Made by a program: the position numbers and the translations under genes. A stretch of 64,000 bases of DNA from the human T2T-CHM13v2.0 reference genome, Homo sapiens. The notes below the pieces were generated by a model, which ran no database searches, was not told the origin of the DNA, and saw only the letters and a list, made by a program, of their open reading frames with translations. This document shows positions 61,169 through 64,000 of the stretch, piece by piece. The first letter of the stretch is position 1, and every line of letters begins with the position of its first letter. The DNA is taken from the NCBI RefSeq assembly GCF_009914755.1, contig NC_060934.1; one strand, written 5' to 3'.

Positions 61169-62467
61169 TCACAAGTCTCTTCCCATCAGGCAGATTTCTC
61201 CATCAGCAATTGTAACATATAACACCTGCATTTCCTGGGTTGGTATACTTCTATTTTCATATTTAAGATGATCACTTAATTTAGTATTTAAAGGTTTTGC
61301 ATGCAGCATCAAGGACATTTTTTATCTGAAAATTAACTATTACAATTTACATAATGGATTATTTTCCTTTTCAAATATACCAGAAAGAAAAAAGGGAAAT
61401 AAATATATTTCTTAATTATATTTAAATTCTATATTGTATGAATGGATTTGAACAATTATGTTTATGTAGAGTTTTGTAACATATACTCAATTCTGTTCAT
61501 AGTCACTTTTAACGTCTTTTTACGATTTAAATGAGACAGTTTTGTTGAGAAGCCAGGGCAGTAATAGATCATTTAGATCTTTCCCTGTTCAGTGTATCCT
61601 TCACCACATCAAGCTAACGGAGGAATGGGCAAGCTGATTTTGACCTTTCAGAGCATGTGGAACTAAACAGAAAATGGCTTTGTCAGAATTCTCCTAGCAC
61701 ACAGGTATCCTACTTCCCAGCATATTGGAGATGGTCTTTTTTTCCAGGCAGATGGGGTGACTGCTCCAGTTACGTTTGGCCAGGTAAACAGCTCTCTTCA
61801 TAAGATATCAGGATAGTGACTTATTAGAAGGCAATGATTTGCAGTTGCCTATGATCTCTGAGTAAAACTAATTATTCTGCTTCTATTTTGTTGTTATTGT
61901 TTTGCGTTTGAGAATTAGTATTTTGACTACTATGTCATCCCTGTCATTTTCTCTGTCTTCAAGGTGAGCCTTCACAGACTAAAGTAAAAAGTTCTCAGCC
62001 TGTTTTTATGACGATGTTGGCTATTTGTTCTACATTGAAATAATTTTTATGACCGACTCTGAGAAAATAGGTAGCCAAATGAATCCTAGCCAAATGATTC
62101 TAGAATCTATGGAAACTGATGTCATCCACAAAATGTCAAGAGATCACGCCACTGCACTCCAGCCTGAGTGACAGAGCAAGACTCTGTCTCAAAGATTACG
62201 GGATTTGAATTTGAATTCAATGAATTCCATAGCAGTTTGGAAACATTCTCCAACAATAGCAATTCTTGGACATTTCTATAGCTAAAATATGAGAGAAACA
62301 GGGAAGTTATTCTCACCACAATTTTAGTTATTTTTCCAAATTCAGAAAACTACAAAATTTTCCAGACTAATTAACATGCTCCTGATTCAGGACAGAAAGC
62401 TGCTTAGAGATGTGATAACATCTTCATGGATTCAGAAATGAAGTGCCTACTATGTTCTGGGCTCTGA

Positions 62468-62879
<412 letters not shown>

Positions 62880-63917
62880 TAATAGAAATACATTTAAGAG
62901 ACAGAGCAGAATAGAGTCTAACTGGACATAAAATTGGAATCAGGATACATTTCATAGGGGAGACCATGGATGAACTCCAAAGAGAGGAATGGGATTTGCT
63001 GATTGGACAGCAAAGTCAGTAGTATGGCTTGAACAGGAGTTGAGCATAGGGAGATCTGGGTTAACAAAGGGATTAACAATGAGTTTAAAAAAAGAGGCAG
63101 GGTCTGCACATCATTAAAATAGCCTTGGCATTTATCTGTAACCATCAGAAAATTAATGAAGGGTGTTAAATAGGAGACTAGCCTGAGTATTGTGGCTGTG
63201 GTCTACTGGGTAGATTTGTGGATGTTCTAGAGACTCATGATAGGGAGACTAGTTACCAGAGCTGGACAGAAATGGAAATATCTAAACTAAAACAATATCA
63301 CTGGGAGTGAGTGAGACAGGGAGGGAAATTATTAGGGTGGTCCTATGGCATGCTCTTAGACCAGGATTGTCCACAGCAAGTACAGGAATGGAGCGTTCAA
63401 GCAAGAGTCCTGTTCTCTTTCATTAACCACACAATATGGAGATTAACCTAGTTGCCATGGTTAAGCAAGGAACTTAACACTATAGCTACACAATAAAATA
63501 TGTTTATGGTTTCTGTTTGTTTGTCTTTTAAAAATACAATCAGGTATCTGTGAAATAAATACAACTTTTCTGTGAAAGTCATTAATTATCATCATTATTA
63601 TTTTAGACAATGATTGAATGCACCAGGACTTTACCTTAGAGTTTCCTAAAGAGGACCTTGCCAGGGCATTGACTATAGATTTATCATGCCATTGAAATTT
63701 TATATATTATACTCACTGATAAAGAGTTTATCCAACATTACCTTTAAAGCCTATGATTATTTATTATTTTTTTAAAAAAAGCATAATTTCAGACTAAGGC
63801 TATAATTCAAAGTCATGTTTCTCCCTGAGGAAAAAAAATGTATTTGCTTTAAGTGATATTCTCATATATAAGGAGATTTATGTAGGAGTCAGTAAATGAC
63901 TTTCAGCAATGCCCTGC

Positions 63918-64000
63918 TGTGATGGGCAGCCTCTGAGATGGCACCAAATAATCCTCACTTCCTGGTACTCGTGCTCTTGTGTAATTCCTCTTCTTAAATG
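63918..64000 (+). mobile_element. MLT1F-like LTR 5' end (runs off window)
   Basis: tgtgatgggcagcctctgagatggc..aatcctcacttcctggta..cttgtgtaattcc. Confidence 0.7.

Overview
Primate (human or ape) genomic DNA, mostly interspersed repeats, with no intact protein-coding gene. Bases ~1-17 kb are an unprocessed, intron-retaining duplicate of part of TACC1. Four consecutive TACC1-like exons (463-522, 2327-2533, 6581-6633, 16567-16691) keep their AG/GT boundaries. Three of them carry 1-nt deletions, and the exons for the C-terminal TACC coiled coil were not found, so this is a truncated pseudogene. From memory it is probably TACC1P1; this was not verified by a search. A full-length but dead L1PA3/4-type element (9964-16098, 17-bp TSD) sits in its last intron. 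The rest is Alu, LTR, L1, L2, MIR and DNA-transposon sequence: MER41A, MER11, THE1, MLT1, MST, MER1B, Tigger3-like, and an ancient internally deleted L1M with a TSD. I found no evidence for a new multi-gene system. The most unusual structures are three: (i) an inverted 149-bp copy of one TACC1 exon with hairpin junctions, lying downstream of the L1 antisense promoter; (ii) a two-piece templated insertion at 53.1 kb copied from both flanks; (iii) a MER11 LTR inserted into the centre of a pre-existing palindrome. Repeat subfamily calls are by eye from remembered consensus sequences, and repeat boundaries are approximate unless a TSD is given.
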